The notes: generated by a model from the letters alone, not told the origin. A DNA stretch of 64,000 nucleotides from Candidatus Obscuribacteraceae bacterium (GCA_044229845.1 JBGASG010000003.1:224001-288000), one strand, 5' to 3'; numbered from the stretch's first letter, positions 47,327 through 57,956 are shown. Numbers and translations are program-made.

Positions 47327-47719
47327 ATGGCTAAAGCACAGAAAGCACGCACGAAGAAGAAGGAACGTCGTTACGTTCTGGAAGGTGTAGTGCACATCTC
47401 ATCCACCTTCAACAACACGATTGTTGCCGCCACCGATCCGCAAGGACAAGTAATTGCCTGGGCATCGGCCGGCACCGTCGGATTCAAGGGCGCCAAGAAG
47501 GGCACTCCCTTCGCCGCCCAGCAAGCCGCTGAATCAGTTGCTCGCCGGTCGATGGACCAGGGCATGCGCAAAGCGGAAGTTCTGGTGAAAGGACCGGGCG
47601 CCGGCAGAGAAACCGCGATTCGCGCTCTGCAAGCCGCCGGTCTGGAAATCACTTTGATCAAAGACGTCACCCCCATCCCTCACAACGGCTGCCGTCCACC
47701 AAAACGGCGTCGCGTGTAA
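47327..47719 (+). CDS. rpsK: 30S ribosomal protein S11
   Basis: [32 protein letters not shown]. Confidence 0.99.
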   Translation: MAKAQKARTKKKERRYVLEGVVHISSTFNNTIVAATDPQGQVIAWASAGTVGFKGAKKGTPFAAQQAAESVARRSMDQGMRKAEVLVKGPGAGRETAIRALQAAGLEITLIKDVTPIPHNGCRPPKRRRV

Positions 47720-47746
47720 TTCGGATTTATAAGAGGAGATCGGCAA

Positions 47747-48370
47747 GTGGCCAGATATACAGATTCAGTTTGCAAATTGTGCCGCAACGAAGGCTTGAAG
47801 CTTTTCTTGAAAGGCACACGTTGCTACACCAGCAAATGCGCCATCGAGCGCCGTCGCTATCCATCCGGACAGCACGGACAAGAGCGCAAGAAACAATCGG
47901 AATACGCAGTGCAACTGCGTGAGAAACAAAAAGTTCGCCGCTTCTATGGCGTACTCGAGAAGCAATTCGAGAAGTACTACTCGGAAGCCAACCGCCAGAA
48001 AGCAGTGCCCACGGGTCTTCGACTCCTGCAGCTTCTGGAATCGCGTCTGGACAACACGGTACACCGCAGCGGTTTCTCTCCGTCGCGCGCCCAAGCCAGA
48101 CAGCTTATTTTGCATGGACACATTCTCGTCGACGGCAAGCGCGTCACTATTCCTTCTTTCCAATTGAAAGCCGGACAGATCGTTTCGATCGCCGAGAAAA
48201 GCAAAGCGCTCTTCAAGAAGCTGCTTGAAGAGAATCCAGCAGTTGGCGCTCCCCGCTGGATGAATGTGGACATGGAGAACTTCAAAGCCTCCATCGCCCA
48301 ACTTCCGGCGCGCGAAGACCTCGACCCGACCATCAAGGAAGCGCTGATCGTGGAATTCTATTCACGTTAA
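47747..48370 (+). CDS. rpsD: 30S ribosomal protein S4
   Basis: ARYT..CKLCR, QLREKQK, LESRLDN, LIVEFYSR. Confidence 0.98.
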   Translation: MARYTDSVCKLCRNEGLKLFLKGTRCYTSKCAIERRRYPSGQHGQERKKQSEYAVQLREKQKVRRFYGVLEKQFEKYYSEANRQKAVPTGLRLLQLLESRLDNTVHRSGFSPSRAQARQLILHGHILVDGKRVTIPSFQLKAGQIVSIAEKSKALFKKLLEENPAVGAPRWMNVDMENFKASIAQLPAREDLDPTIKEALIVEFYSR

Positions 48371-48452
48371 GCCTGCCTTCCCGTCCAGTCCAGTCCTCAG
48401 TTTTGCGGTTTACTGCAGATTTGTTCTTCAACAGGAGTGTGTACGACCAGCT

Positions 48453-49397
48453 ATGGAACCTCTCAAAATCAAGTGCTTAGAAAACAAAACCGGAACCGAC
48501 GGATCTATTTACGGCAAGTTCGTAATTGAGCCGCTGGAGAGAGGTTATGGCACCACGATCGGCAACTCTTTGAGACGCGTATTGCTCTCGTCCCTCGACG
48601 GCTCGGCTGTGACCGCCGTCCGCATCGAAGGCGTGACCCACGAATTCACCACCATCCCTGGTGTCGTGGAAGACGTCATCGACGTCATGCTCAACCTCAA
48701 AGGTCTGGTCGTTAAGTCGTACAGCAACGACCCGCAATACCTGCATCTGGACGTGGTCCGTCCGGGTCCTGTCACCGGCCGCGATATCATCTGCCCGGCT
48801 GATGTCACCATCATCAACCCCGACTGGCAGCTGTGCACCCTCGCCGAAGACGGCCGCGTCCGCGCGGAAGTCACCGTCGAGCGCGGTCGCGGTTATGTAC
48901 CCGCCGACGCCCACAGTCACTACAAGCAAGCGATCGACGTTCTGCCGATCGACGCAGTCTACATGCCGATTCGCAAAGTCAGCTACAACGTTGAACCGAC
49001 CCGCGTCGGCGAATCGACCGACTACGACAAACTGACCATCGAACTGTGGTCGAACGGATCTATTGATGCCACCGAAGCTATCAGCCAGGCTGCCCGTCAA
49101 TTGATCGACCACTTCGTACCGATTGCCGAACTGTCCGGCCGCCCGGTGGTGCCAGTCACCGCTCAACCGGCTCAGCCAGACGGCAAACATCACTCCATCT
49201 CCATTGAAGAGCTGGAACTGTCGGTGCGCGCCTACAACTGCTTGAAGCGCGCCAACATCCACTCCCTGGGCGAACTGCTCAAACTCACCTACGACGATCT
49301 GATGAACATCAAAAACTTCGGCAAGAAATCAGCCGATGAAGTCATCGAGCGCTTGCGTCAGTTTGGACTTACGCTCTCCGATACGGCTAAGGCCTAG
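48453..49397 (+). CDS. rpoA: RNA polymerase alpha subunit
   Basis: EPLERGYGTTIGNSLRRVLL, GVVEDV, LSVRAYNCLKRA, NFGKKS. Confidence 0.99.
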   Translation: MEPLKIKCLENKTGTDGSIYGKFVIEPLERGYGTTIGNSLRRVLLSSLDGSAVTAVRIEGVTHEFTTIPGVVEDVIDVMLNLKGLVVKSYSNDPQYLHLDVVRPGPVTGRDIICPADVTIINPDWQLCTLAEDGRVRAEVTVERGRGYVPADAHSHYKQAIDVLPIDAVYMPIRKVSYNVEPTRVGESTDYDKLTIELWSNGSIDATEAISQAARQLIDHFVPIAELSGRPVVPVTAQPAQPDGKHHSISIEELELSVRAYNCLKRANIHSLGELLKLTYDDLMNIKNFGKKSADEVIERLRQFGLTLSDTAKA

Positions 49398-49439
49398 TCC
49401 CCCGGCTAGCGCCCTCTCAAAGGACACGAGGATACAATC

Positions 49440-49865
49440 ATGCGTCACCGCGTACCAGGAAATCGCCTGAACAGACCACACGACCAGCACCGCGCCGTGT
49501 TGCGCTCGCTGGCCACCGAGCTGCTCAGACACGACGAGATTTTCACCACTCTTTCCAAAGCCAAAGCCGTCAGGTCGGAAGCGGAAAAGATGATCACGCT
49601 CGCCAAGCGCAGCCACCTGGCTGACTATGCAGACCTGCAAAAGAAAGCCAAAGACGGCGATGCAGAAGCGCAAAAGAAACTGGCTTCCCACGTGCACGTA
49701 CGCCGGCAGATTGCCGCTTACGTCTACGACAACGAAGTCGTCCGCCGCGTCTACGACGTAGTGGCACCGCGTTATGAGTCGCGTCAAGGTGGTTACACCC
49801 GCATCATTCGCGCCGGCTATCGCCGCGGCGATGCTGCCCCGATGGCCCTCATTCAACTGGTCTAG
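49440..49865 (+). CDS. rplQ: 50S ribosomal protein L17
   Basis: MRHR, EKMITLAK, RQGGYTRIIR, RRGDAAPMA. Confidence 0.98.
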   Translation: MRHRVPGNRLNRPHDQHRAVLRSLATELLRHDEIFTTLSKAKAVRSEAEKMITLAKRSHLADYADLQKKAKDGDAEAQKKLASHVHVRRQIAAYVYDNEVVRRVYDVVAPRYESRQGGYTRIIRAGYRRGDAAPMALIQLV

Positions 49866-49900
49866 TCCCTACAGACTGACAGTTCAGTTCACCGTACGTT

Positions 49901-49928
49901 GGCGAGGCTCATCCAGGGCCTCGCCTTT
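49901..49928 (+). terminator. Weak terminator-like hairpin between rplQ and truA
   Basis: 8-bp stem ggcgaggc/gcctcgcc followed by TTT. Confidence 0.45.
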
Positions 49929-49939
49929 CCATTACCGAA

Positions 49940-50815
49940 ATGCGCATCGCAATCAAACTGGAATACGAAGGCAAAAAGTTCTGCGGCTCGCAGTACCAGG
50001 ACGGCGTGCGTACCGTGCAGGCTGAACTGGAAGCCGCTCTGGGCACATATCTTCGCACAGCGCCACCACGCGTGATACTGGCTGGCCGCACCGACAGCGG
50101 TGTGCATGCCCGAGGCATGGTGGCACACTTCGATTGGCCGCAAGATGCGCAGACCGAGATTGAAAATGGCTCGGCATCAGCTTCTTCACCAGACGCACCC
50201 GCGATAGACCTGTGGCGGTTGTGCTGGGCCCTCAACGGTATTCTGAAAACCGACCTGGCGGTGACGGCAGCGTGTCAGGTTGAAGATCGGTTCCATGCTC
50301 GCTTTTCGGCGCTGGAGCGGACATACGTTTACCGCATCTTAAATCGACCGCAACGCTCCGCCCTGGTCAAGGACAATTGCTACTTCGTGCCTCATCCGCT
50401 CGATCTCGATGGCATGAAAGAGGCTGCGGCGGACCTTCTTGGCACCCACGACTTCGCAGCCTTCCGCTCAACAAATGCCGACAAAAGCACCACAGTCTGC
50501 GATTTGAGCCGCGCCGAATTCTTGAATTTAGGTGAAGGTGAGCTTGAATTCTGGATTACAGCTAATCACTTCGTTTACAATATGGTGCGTATCATTGTCG
50601 GGACGCTCGTGGAAATCGGCCTCGGCAAGCGATCAAAGGCCCGTTTAAGCGAAGCCCTGTCCCGGAAAGACCGTGAGCTAGCGGGTCCGACAGCACCTCC
50701 CTGGGGACTCACCTTGGTCTCTGTAAAGTACCCAGAGGAATTCAAGCTGTTCTGTTGTGAGAATAATCAAATCCCGGTTCTCAATGGAGAGCCAGGGCAG
50801 GAGAATCACCCGTGA
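49940..50815 (+). CDS. truA: tRNA pseudouridine(38-40) synthase
   Basis: [43 protein letters not shown]. Confidence 0.96.
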   Translation: MRIAIKLEYEGKKFCGSQYQDGVRTVQAELEAALGTYLRTAPPRVILAGRTDSGVHARGMVAHFDWPQDAQTEIENGSASASSPDAPAIDLWRLCWALNGILKTDLAVTAACQVEDRFHARFSALERTYVYRILNRPQRSALVKDNCYFVPHPLDLDGMKEAAADLLGTHDFAAFRSTNADKSTTVCDLSRAEFLNLGEGELEFWITANHFVYNMVRIIVGTLVEIGLGKRSKARLSEALSRKDRELAGPTAPPWGLTLVSVKYPEEFKLFCCENNQIPVLNGEPGQENHP

Positions 50816-51267
50816 ATACTTATCAAGCGAAACCCGATGAATTGACGCGCGACTGGTACATAGTCGACGCCGAAGGGCAGACGCTGGGCAGACTGGCTTC
50901 GCAAATCGCTCAAGTCCTGCGTGGCAAACACAAGCCCACCTTCACCCCCCACGTTGATATGGGCGACTTCGTTATCGTCATCAACGCCGAAAAGATTCAA
51001 GTTAGCGGACGCAAGGAAGAGCAAAAGCTCTACCGCCATCACTCCGGTTACCCGGGTGGTTTCAAGACCGAAAACTTGAAGCAACTGAGAGGGCGCCGTC
51101 CGGAAGCCATTCTCGAGCGCGCCGTCCGCGGCATGCTTCCGCACTCCAGACTCGGCGATCGCCAGATCACCAAACTGAAAGTGTATGTCGGCTCCGACCA
51201 TCCGCATGCAGCCCAACAACCGAAGCAATTCAACTTCATGCGCGAAACGGCAAAAGCCGGCAAGTAA
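50812..51267 (+). CDS. rplM: 50S ribosomal protein L13
   Basis: [34 protein letters not shown]. Confidence 0.98.
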   Translation: MNTYQAKPDELTRDWYIVDAEGQTLGRLASQIAQVLRGKHKPTFTPHVDMGDFVIVINAEKIQVSGRKEEQKLYRHHSGYPGGFKTENLKQLRGRRPEAILERAVRGMLPHSRLGDRQITKLKVYVGSDHPHAAQQPKQFNFMRETAKAGK

Positions 51268-51295
51268 GCGACTCAACGAGGATTTTAATTAAGCA

Positions 51296-51694
51296 ATGAC
51301 CAGCGTAATTCAATACTATGGAACCGGTCGCAGAAAGACAGCCACTGCGCGCGTCCGTCTCATCCCAGGCACCGGACAGACCACTATCAACGGTCGCACT
51401 CTGGAAGACTACGTGGGCAACCGACCCGGATTGGCTCGCGAACTGAGCGTGCCGTTCGATGTAGCCGAAGCGCAAGGACGTTTCGACGTAATCGTCACCG
51501 TCTGTGGTGGCGGTATCGCCGGTCAAGTCGGCGCCATCCGTCACGGCATCGCCAGAGCTCTGGCAGAGGCCGCTCCGCAAAACCGTCCGGTCCTCCGTCA
51601 GGGCGACCTTTTGACCCGCGACCCGCGCGTCAAAGAGCGCAAGAAGTACGGCAGAAAGAGAGCGCGCAAACGCTTCCAATTCAGCAAGCGCTAA
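51296..51694 (+). CDS. rpsI: 30S ribosomal protein S9
   Basis: GTGRRKTATARV, LTRDPRVKERKKYG, QFSKR. Confidence 0.99.
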   Translation: MTSVIQYYGTGRRKTATARVRLIPGTGQTTINGRTLEDYVGNRPGLARELSVPFDVAEAQGRFDVIVTVCGGGIAGQVGAIRHGIARALAEAAPQNRPVLRQGDLLTRDPRVKERKKYGRKRARKRFQFSKR

Positions 51695-51723
51695 TCGACC
51701 AGCGATCAGCAATCACAATATAC

Positions 51724-51755
51724 GAAAGGGTCCGGAATGCATTCCGGACCCTTTC
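51724..51755. terminator. Perfect 32-bp palindrome, likely a bidirectional terminator
   Basis: gaaagggtccggaatg|cattccggaccctttc lies between convergent rpsI and the 155-aa gene. Confidence 0.7.
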
Positions 51756-51791
51756 TCGTAACCTTTGTTCCTAAACCTCGGGGTGCTGGAC

Positions 51792-52259
51792 CTAAGCTGC
51801 GGCAGCCTTATCGGCTCGGGTTTTGCCTTCGACCCAGCGATGACCATCCGGAAACTGATACGCAGCCTGTCCGTTGGTGTTCTGCCAGGTGAGCGTGCCG
51901 GTACGCGGCTCGATGCGCAAGTTTTTGCCGACTTCGCCGTTGCCCATGTCATAGTTGCCGTCGCTGCGGCGCGTCCAGGCGGCACCGCCTGCCGAATTCC
52001 ATGTCACCTGCCCGATTTCGCCGTCCGGAGCGTAGGCGACAGTGAATTCCAACTGAGGGGTCTGCACGTGCACCGGGCGGTTAAACTGGTCGCGTTCAGC
52101 TACGGCGCCAAACGGACCGCTTGCGGTGTCAGGCTGGCGGGCGACGGTAATCGAATCCTTGACGCTATGAATCAGATCCGTGTCCGAAGATTGCGTCGCC
52201 CCCACGTCTCCCACTGCTGGGGTAGGAATGTCGTTGCCTTCGCCGCCTAATTGACCCAT
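51792..52259 (-). CDS. Hypothetical beta-hairpin-rich protein
   Basis: 155-aa ORF with GAGG SD, an acidic N-terminus and repeated strand-DG/NG-turn patterns. Confidence 0.7.
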   Translation of the reverse strand: MGQLGGEGNDIPTPAVGDVGATQSSDTDLIHSVKDSITVARQPDTASGPFGAVAERDQFNRPVHVQTPQLEFTVAYAPDGEIGQVTWNSAGGAAWTRRSDGNYDMGNGEVGKNLRIEPRTGTLTWQNTNGQAAYQFPDGHRWVEGKTRADKAAAA

Positions 52260-52393
52260 TTGACCGAATCCTCAAATATATAGCCACTGCTGTTTATATA
52301 CCCAAACCGCGCTTTTTATCCGTCGGTTTCGGTAATGCAAATAACAAAATGCCACAGGCTCTCAGTTTCCGGCTTCGAGAGGACCTTAGCACC

Positions 52394-52759
52394 CTAGCGC
52401 CCGGCTGATACACCGATCTGCGATTCGCCTTCGGTCACCTGTATCGATTCTACTTCCGGTTCCGCTTCAGACGGCTGGAAGTCTGCGCGCTCTGCCACCA
52501 CCGGCGGTGGCGCCACTCTGATATCACGCGGTTCTTTCATCTGCCCGTTGGCCCGGTAGTTATTTTGAAGCCTGGCAAACGCCACCAGGGCACAGATAAT
52601 CGCCGTCACGCCGACGCCGATCAGGACATAGCCGACACCATAGCCGTTATAGACAAGGAAAATGCCGGCGGCATTTATCACCGTCGACAGAAACATACCG
52701 CTCGGGATGAGGTACGCCTTCAGGTTCTGGATGAATTCTGCGCGCTCGACTGGATCCAC
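52394..52759 (-). CDS. Hypothetical membrane protein (2 TM)
   Basis: Two hydrophobic segments and an acidic tail; GTG start with GAGGT SD. Confidence 0.7.
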   Translation of the reverse strand: MDPVERAEFIQNLKAYLIPSGMFLSTVINAAGIFLVYNGYGVGYVLIGVGVTAIICALVAFARLQNNYRANGQMKEPRDIRVAPPPVVAERADFQPSEAEPEVESIQVTEGESQIGVSAGR

Positions 52760-52959
52760 GATCTAACCTCTACCGTCCGATAACCGCCGCTATCTTACAC
52801 CGTCTGCCAGCCTGGCATTCGATATCTGAAACGACTATAAAATTGCGTCTTCCGTTTGGATCTTTGACGGGTTACACTGTCTACACAATCTGAAGTAATA
52901 GGCATTATTTTTCACGAATCACAGCCTGCCGACTGCGACTAGAAAGACGCCACGGCTCC

Positions 52960-54330
52960 ATGGAACACCTGAGTTTCTGTTGCCCCTTCTGTCAGAAAGC
53001 TGTTTCTTTACCAGATAACTACTGCCAGTCCTGCGGAGAGCGCTTGCTCTGCGTCCAGATTCTGTCAGGGACTGCGCTTACGCAGTCAGTTGCCGATAAA
53101 GTCGAGCCCACACCATATATAGTGTCGCCTGGTTTCACCGCGCACCCGGTGCGCTGGCTGAGTCCGGAATGCGCAGTGGCATTTCAGCGCCGCTCTTCCG
53201 ACAAGCCTGCATTGCCCGAAGATACAAAAGCCACAGTCGGCGTTCGACCGCCACTAAGGAATAAATCTATGTCCCGATTGTTGTACGAAGTCGCCAACGA
53301 CATGGCGCCCGAAGATCCCTGCGAAATCACGATCGTGCTCACACAGGCGCAGCTCTACCAGAGCGGCTCCTACCATAATCCATATCCCACCCGCCACGAC
53401 GGCCGCGCACTCGTGGACATGTGCGTGCAACTAAGTGCGGTGGCACTAGCGATAGTCACAGTCGGTATCGGTACCGAAACCATCCTCAATCCACATGATG
53501 GTCAGGTCAACCAGGTATTCAAAGCCGCGAAAACAGCGCTCATCAGCCAGCGCCCGGAGAAGGCAGCAGATATTCTCGAATCGATTCCCAGAGGCACACC
53601 CAATATTCTCAACGTCGAGCGGCGCGCAATATTCGAAGACGCCATGATTGCCCGCGCCCGACAGCAAACCCAAAGTGGTCTCTATGCCCAAGCGCTCGCC
53701 GATCTGTCGCGCGTCCAGGCTCAGTCGCCGCTCTCGGCGGAAGCGACCCGCCTGGCTATCGAGTGCAGAAACCTGCAGGCTTTGGCACTGGACACAAAGT
53801 CCAGCACCACGCCGGCCACAGAATTTTTGAAGACCGACGCCGACACGCAAATCGCCGCCGTTCCACCTTCTACACCAGCAGCGTCTGCACCGCGGGTTTC
53901 TTCCACAGCAGCCTCGCTGCCTCTGTCCACCCAGGTGGCGTCGGCGCAGAGCAGTTATCCGGTTTCTCCGTACAAGGCCTTCCGCACATGGACCCGAGAC
54001 CAAACCAAGCAACTCGCAAGAGTCTCACCGAAAAGCTCGCTGACCTCCATCGACTCACAGTTGCCGCCGCAACTGCTGCCCGCGTCCGGCTCCGCTCCCA
54101 GCGTTTCTCCAGAGGTTCCAGCCGGCAGCGGACCATCAAACGCGCCTCCCAGCGAAGGCACATCTTATTGGATGCAGGAAAGTTCCAACAACACAGACGA
54201 ACCGGCAGCGACAGCACCGGACATTGAGCCGGCTCCGGCCCAAGACATCGCCCCCGTAGAGGCGCCAGCCGTGCCCAAACGCGAGTGGAAGACTGCACCG
54301 AGCGGCAAGACGAAGTTCGCCGACAACTAG
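52960..54330 (+). CDS. Hypothetical protein: N-terminal zinc ribbon, one TM, TPR-like helices, Ser/Pro-rich tail
   Basis: CPFC..CQSC, hydrophobic LSAVALAIVTVGIG and a low-complexity C-terminus. Confidence 0.65.
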   Translation: MEHLSFCCPFCQKAVSLPDNYCQSCGERLLCVQILSGTALTQSVADKVEPTPYIVSPGFTAHPVRWLSPECAVAFQRRSSDKPALPEDTKATVGVRPPLRNKSMSRLLYEVANDMAPEDPCEITIVLTQAQLYQSGSYHNPYPTRHDGRALVDMCVQLSAVALAIVTVGIGTETILNPHDGQVNQVFKAAKTALISQRPEKAADILESIPRGTPNILNVERRAIFEDAMIARARQQTQSGLYAQALADLSRVQAQSPLSAEATRLAIECRNLQALALDTKSSTTPATEFLKTDADTQIAAVPPSTPAASAPRVSSTAASLPLSTQVASAQSSYPVSPYKAFRTWTRDQTKQLARVSPKSSLTSIDSQLPPQLLPASGSAPSVSPEVPAGSGPSNAPPSEGTSYWMQESSNNTDEPAATAPDIEPAPAQDIAPVEAPAVPKREWKTAPSGKTKFADN

Positions 54331-54525
54331 AAACGCAGACCCTCAAAAAGTGACTCGGACGGCTGGTCAACACCAGCCGCCCAAGCCGAGCTACACCCCA
54401 ATTCGATCAGACAATGCTTTTAAGGCGAAACCACCGTTGTCATGAGCCTTACAATTCATACGTACCCGGATATCCGCCTCCCGAAACGGTTTTCGGCTCT
54501 CCATCACGTTAAATGGGTCTCACGC

Positions 54526-54945
54526 ATGTTAAACGAAGTTCAGAAAACTATCCACGTGCGCCGGCTGGTACGCGGGCAAGACTTGCGCCGCGAGCTGGCC
54601 AACATGGCTGCCGACCACGAAATTGGAGCCGGCGTCATCATCAGCCTCGTAGGTTCTCTGACGGAAGCGCGCCTGCGCATGGCCGGCGGTCACAAGGTGC
54701 GGCATTTCGAGGGACCGCTGGAAATCGTGTCGGCGACAGGCACTATCTATAAAGATGGCATGCACGTACATACGGCAGTATCCGATTCGACCGGCACCAC
54801 ATTTGGTGGCCACCTCATGGACGGGTGCATCGTCAAAACAACGGTCGAAATAGTTCTGCAAGACCTGAGCGAAGCCTGGCAGTTCACGCGAGCCCACGAC
54901 ACTGCCACCGGCTACTCTGAGCTTGTGGCAGTCCCCGTTTCGTGA
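54526..54945 (+). CDS. PPC/DUF296 domain protein
   Basis: RLVRGQDL, VGSL..ARLR, EIVSATGTI, HVH..VSD..G..FGGHL, TTVEIV. The start is probably ATG at 54526 (track start 54442). Confidence 0.88.
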   Translation: MLNEVQKTIHVRRLVRGQDLRRELANMAADHEIGAGVIISLVGSLTEARLRMAGGHKVRHFEGPLEIVSATGTIYKDGMHVHTAVSDSTGTTFGGHLMDGCIVKTTVEIVLQDLSEAWQFTRAHDTATGYSELVAVPVS

Positions 54946-54971
54946 AGTCTGCGCGACCGGCGGTCGCCAGG

Positions 54972-55442
54972 TTACTTCAGTTTGTCTTTGAACAGTCCAA
55001 CACCTAGACCCAACGCTGCGCCAACACCGGCAGCGGTAGCCGTTTTCTTGCCCGAGCCATGCCCTTTGGTGGCAGACAACCCGAGCCCGGTTCCGATTAG
55101 TGCACCAGTGGCGGTATCTTTAATCAGAGGATGACGTTTCATCGTCTGAGACTTGCTCACCACTCCGACTCCGGCACCGGTAGCTGCGCCGATTCCCGCA
55201 CCGCGCAAGGTACCCTTGCCTGATATCAGTCCGGTGACTGCGCCCGCACCGGCACCAACTCCGGCACCGATTGTCGCTCCCTTCACCTTCGGGTGACTGT
55301 TCAAATAGCCTTTGACGCCGCCGCCGGAAGTGTTTTTCGACACATTGGCCTGATACTGAGCCATAGTGGCAGTGCCGTTTGCCATCACCACGGCCGCGAC
55401 CAGAAGTGCAGCATAGGCCGGTTTCTTACTCATATAAATCAA
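54972..55442 (-). CDS. Exported glycine-zipper protein
   Basis: Signal-peptide-like N-terminus and repeated GAxxGAxxG motifs. Confidence 0.75.
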   Translation of the reverse strand: MIYMSKKPAYAALLVAAVVMANGTATMAQYQANVSKNTSGGGVKGYLNSHPKVKGATIGAGVGAGAGAVTGLISGKGTLRGAGIGAATGAGVGVVSKSQTMKRHPLIKDTATGALIGTGLGLSATKGHGSGKKTATAAGVGAALGLGVGLFKDKLK

Positions 55443-55572
55443 TCCTCAAAAAAAGGATCAGCAACCCAGTATTTATCTTAGTCCAGTCAGGCAAACCTGA
55501 CCAGTAGAGGGACTGTCGCGACGAATAGAAAGTAAAATAACCCTTGGTCACGAGTCTAATACGTGAGATGTC

Positions 55573-57846
55573 ATGGCTAAGCAAGACGGTTCAGGCAAGA
55601 AACGCAAACCACCTGTCGACCTTTCTCAGTTGGGAAAGGCGAAGCAGAAGGCGAAAGCCAGCCGCGCCGCCGCCCGCAGTCAGGCGACCACCGAAAATCG
55701 CCTGAGCGGCACCGGCGAAATTTCCGGACTACCTTTAGATATCGATTGGAAACTGTTGGCGATCTTCGCTGCCATTGCCGCTTCGCTGGCGATCGCCGCG
55801 CATATCAATTCGATATCCAACACTATCGTTTTCCAAGATCGCGCGACACTGACACCAATTGCCAGCGTTCTCAAAGAAGATGCATTGTGGCGAGGCATCG
55901 GCACAGACCTCGTCACCAAGCCCCTCACGCAGCCGTGGGTGCGCGTGTCATATGCCCTCGATTGGATGAACTATAAAACCACAGTCAGCTGGTTCCACGC
56001 GGCCAACGTGGCTGTCCACACCCTGACGACGCTATACGTTTATCTCTTTTGCTGGCGATTGGGAAGGCGGTGGCAGCTGCAAGCGAAATACAGTCTCAGC
56101 CCTGAATTCATGGCCCTTTGTGCGGCTGGTCTCTTCGCCGTGCATCCATTTACCAGCGAGACCGTTGCCTATCTTTCCTCACGCTCGCCGCTGATCGCCA
56201 CCAACAATATTATGTTGGCACTCAACACCTTCTTGATGGCAGTCCTCGCGAAGCGATTCAACACCAGGATTTACGCCTGGATCCTCACGATCGCCGCCGG
56301 CTATATGGCCGTCACCAGCGGTCTGGAAGCGCTTGCTCTGCCGCTTTTGATGATCTTGACTCTCTGGACAATCAAGCCCGAAGAGCAATCGTTCGTCGAC
56401 TGGATATACGACAGATTGCCCGCGATCGGATTCTCTATGTTGCTGTTGTTGGGTCTGCCGTTTCTGTTGCTCCTCGGTGCCACGTATCCGCAAGGCACCA
56501 GCTATGCCCAGGAAACCCTCAATCAGATTGGCTACCTGAAGGCGCAGGGCACCGCACTGATCACCTATTACCTGCCGAAGTTCTTTGTGCCCTGGGGGCT
56601 ATCAATAGATCCGCAGTACCAGTTCAAAGACGTGATCAACTACGCCACCATTCCCGGTCTGGCGGTATTTGGTTTTGCAATCGCTACGGCAATCAAGTTT
56701 CGCCAATTGCCGTTTGTCCTCTTCTCAAGCCTGTTCACAGTCTTCGCACTCTTGCCTCACGTGATTCTTGTGCAGCCGCAAGCGGTAGCAGATTCAGCCT
56801 TTTACCTGCCGCTGATCGGTCTGTGCACCTTATGCGGTGGCTTGATTTCGATTGCATTTAAAGCCAATCCGCGCCCAACAGTTGCGGCAGCCTCGGTAGT
56901 GGCGCTGGCACTCCTGGCTCTGACCAGCTATCGCAACTCCGAATGGACCAACGATCTGGCACTCTGGGAATCGACGGTCAGAGCCAGCCAGAAGAGTCCA
57001 CGCGCCCACGCCTTGCTTGCAGTCGAGCTGATAAAACAGCAAAAAGACGACCGGGCATTGGCGGAGGCGAACCGCGCCACCGAACTTGGTGACAAGTACG
57101 CGCTGGGCTGGGTGGCCAAAGGCAACCTTGCCTTGCAGCGTAAAGATTACGCTGAGGCCGAAAAGGCCTTTGAAAAGGCAGTTGCAGCTTGCAATGAGAA
57201 AGTGCAGGCGAGCGAAATCACCACAGCCGCAGGACTTGGTCTGTCCGAGGCGTATTTGAAACAGGACAAGCCGGACAAGGCTTTGACGATTTTGTACACA
57301 CTCGGCGCTAAGACAAAAGGCGACCCGCGCGCCAGTGCTGTAGCGGCACTGGCAACATATCAGACCGGTAACCCGCGAAAGTCTTATGTTTACTTGCAGC
57401 AGGCTGCTGAACTCAACCCCATGAATGAAGAACTCTGGTCGAAACTGGCGGACGTTTCGTTGCAGTTGCACAAGAAAGAAGCGTTGCGTGCCGCTGCCAT
57501 CGCCAATCAGCTCGAACCATCTGCCATCAATAAGCTGCTCCTGGCCCGCTCGCTCTTCGCCAACGATAGGGCGGTTGACGCAAAAACTATCCTGCACGAC
57601 CTCGCCGATCAGTCCCCAAAGGATGCCAGAGTTCTCGCCATGCTGAGCCGCGCTCATGAACAGGACGGCGAAACGCAAGAGGCTGAGAAATTCAAGAAAC
57701 AGGCACTGGCCATCGACCCGACCATATTCAGCAAAGACCTGTTTGCTGAAATTCACGGACGTAAACCGGGAGCCGGCAGCCCGGTACCTCCGGCGGGCGA
57801 CAAACCAGCCGCCGCCCCCACAGGGCCAGCCCCAGCGAGTCACTGA
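55573..57846 (+). CDS. TMTC-like membrane glycosyltransferase-family protein with C-terminal TPRs
   Basis: Multi-TM N-terminal half with FHAANVAVH, FAVHPFTSETVAYLSSR, PWGLSID, FYLP and RNSEW..LW, followed by TPRs. Confidence 0.75.
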   Translation: MAKQDGSGKKRKPPVDLSQLGKAKQKAKASRAAARSQATTENRLSGTGEISGLPLDIDWKLLAIFAAIAASLAIAAHINSISNTIVFQDRATLTPIASVLKEDALWRGIGTDLVTKPLTQPWVRVSYALDWMNYKTTVSWFHAANVAVHTLTTLYVYLFCWRLGRRWQLQAKYSLSPEFMALCAAGLFAVHPFTSETVAYLSSRSPLIATNNIMLALNTFLMAVLAKRFNTRIYAWILTIAAGYMAVTSGLEALALPLLMILTLWTIKPEEQSFVDWIYDRLPAIGFSMLLLLGLPFLLLLGATYPQGTSYAQETLNQIGYLKAQGTALITYYLPKFFVPWGLSIDPQYQFKDVINYATIPGLAVFGFAIATAIKFRQLPFVLFSSLFTVFALLPHVILVQPQAVADSAFYLPLIGLCTLCGGLISIAFKANPRPTVAAASVVALALLALTSYRNSEWTNDLALWESTVRASQKSPRAHALLAVELIKQQKDDRALAEANRATELGDKYALGWVAKGNLALQRKDYAEAEKAFEKAVAACNEKVQASEITTAAGLGLSEAYLKQDKPDKALTILYTLGAKTKGDPRASAVAALATYQTGNPRKSYVYLQQAAELNPMNEELWSKLADVSLQLHKKEALRAAAIANQLEPSAINKLLLARSLFANDRAVDAKTILHDLADQSPKDARVLAMLSRAHEQDGETQEAEKFKKQALAIDPTIFSKDLFAEIHGRKPGAGSPVPPAGDKPAAAPTGPAPASH

Positions 57847-57956
57847 GCTGAAATTGTGAAGGCAGAACGCGCGAAAAACAGCGGGATTTCGTGCTGCTAA
57901 TGCTGGAGGGGCGCCAGTACTGTACACTTGGCTTCCCAAACAGCGGCGGGAGCCCG

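Noticed and set aside
30944..51712. Long minus-strand ORFs opposite tuf and ribosomal genes
   Set aside because: They are typical antisense shadows of highly biased coding sequence.
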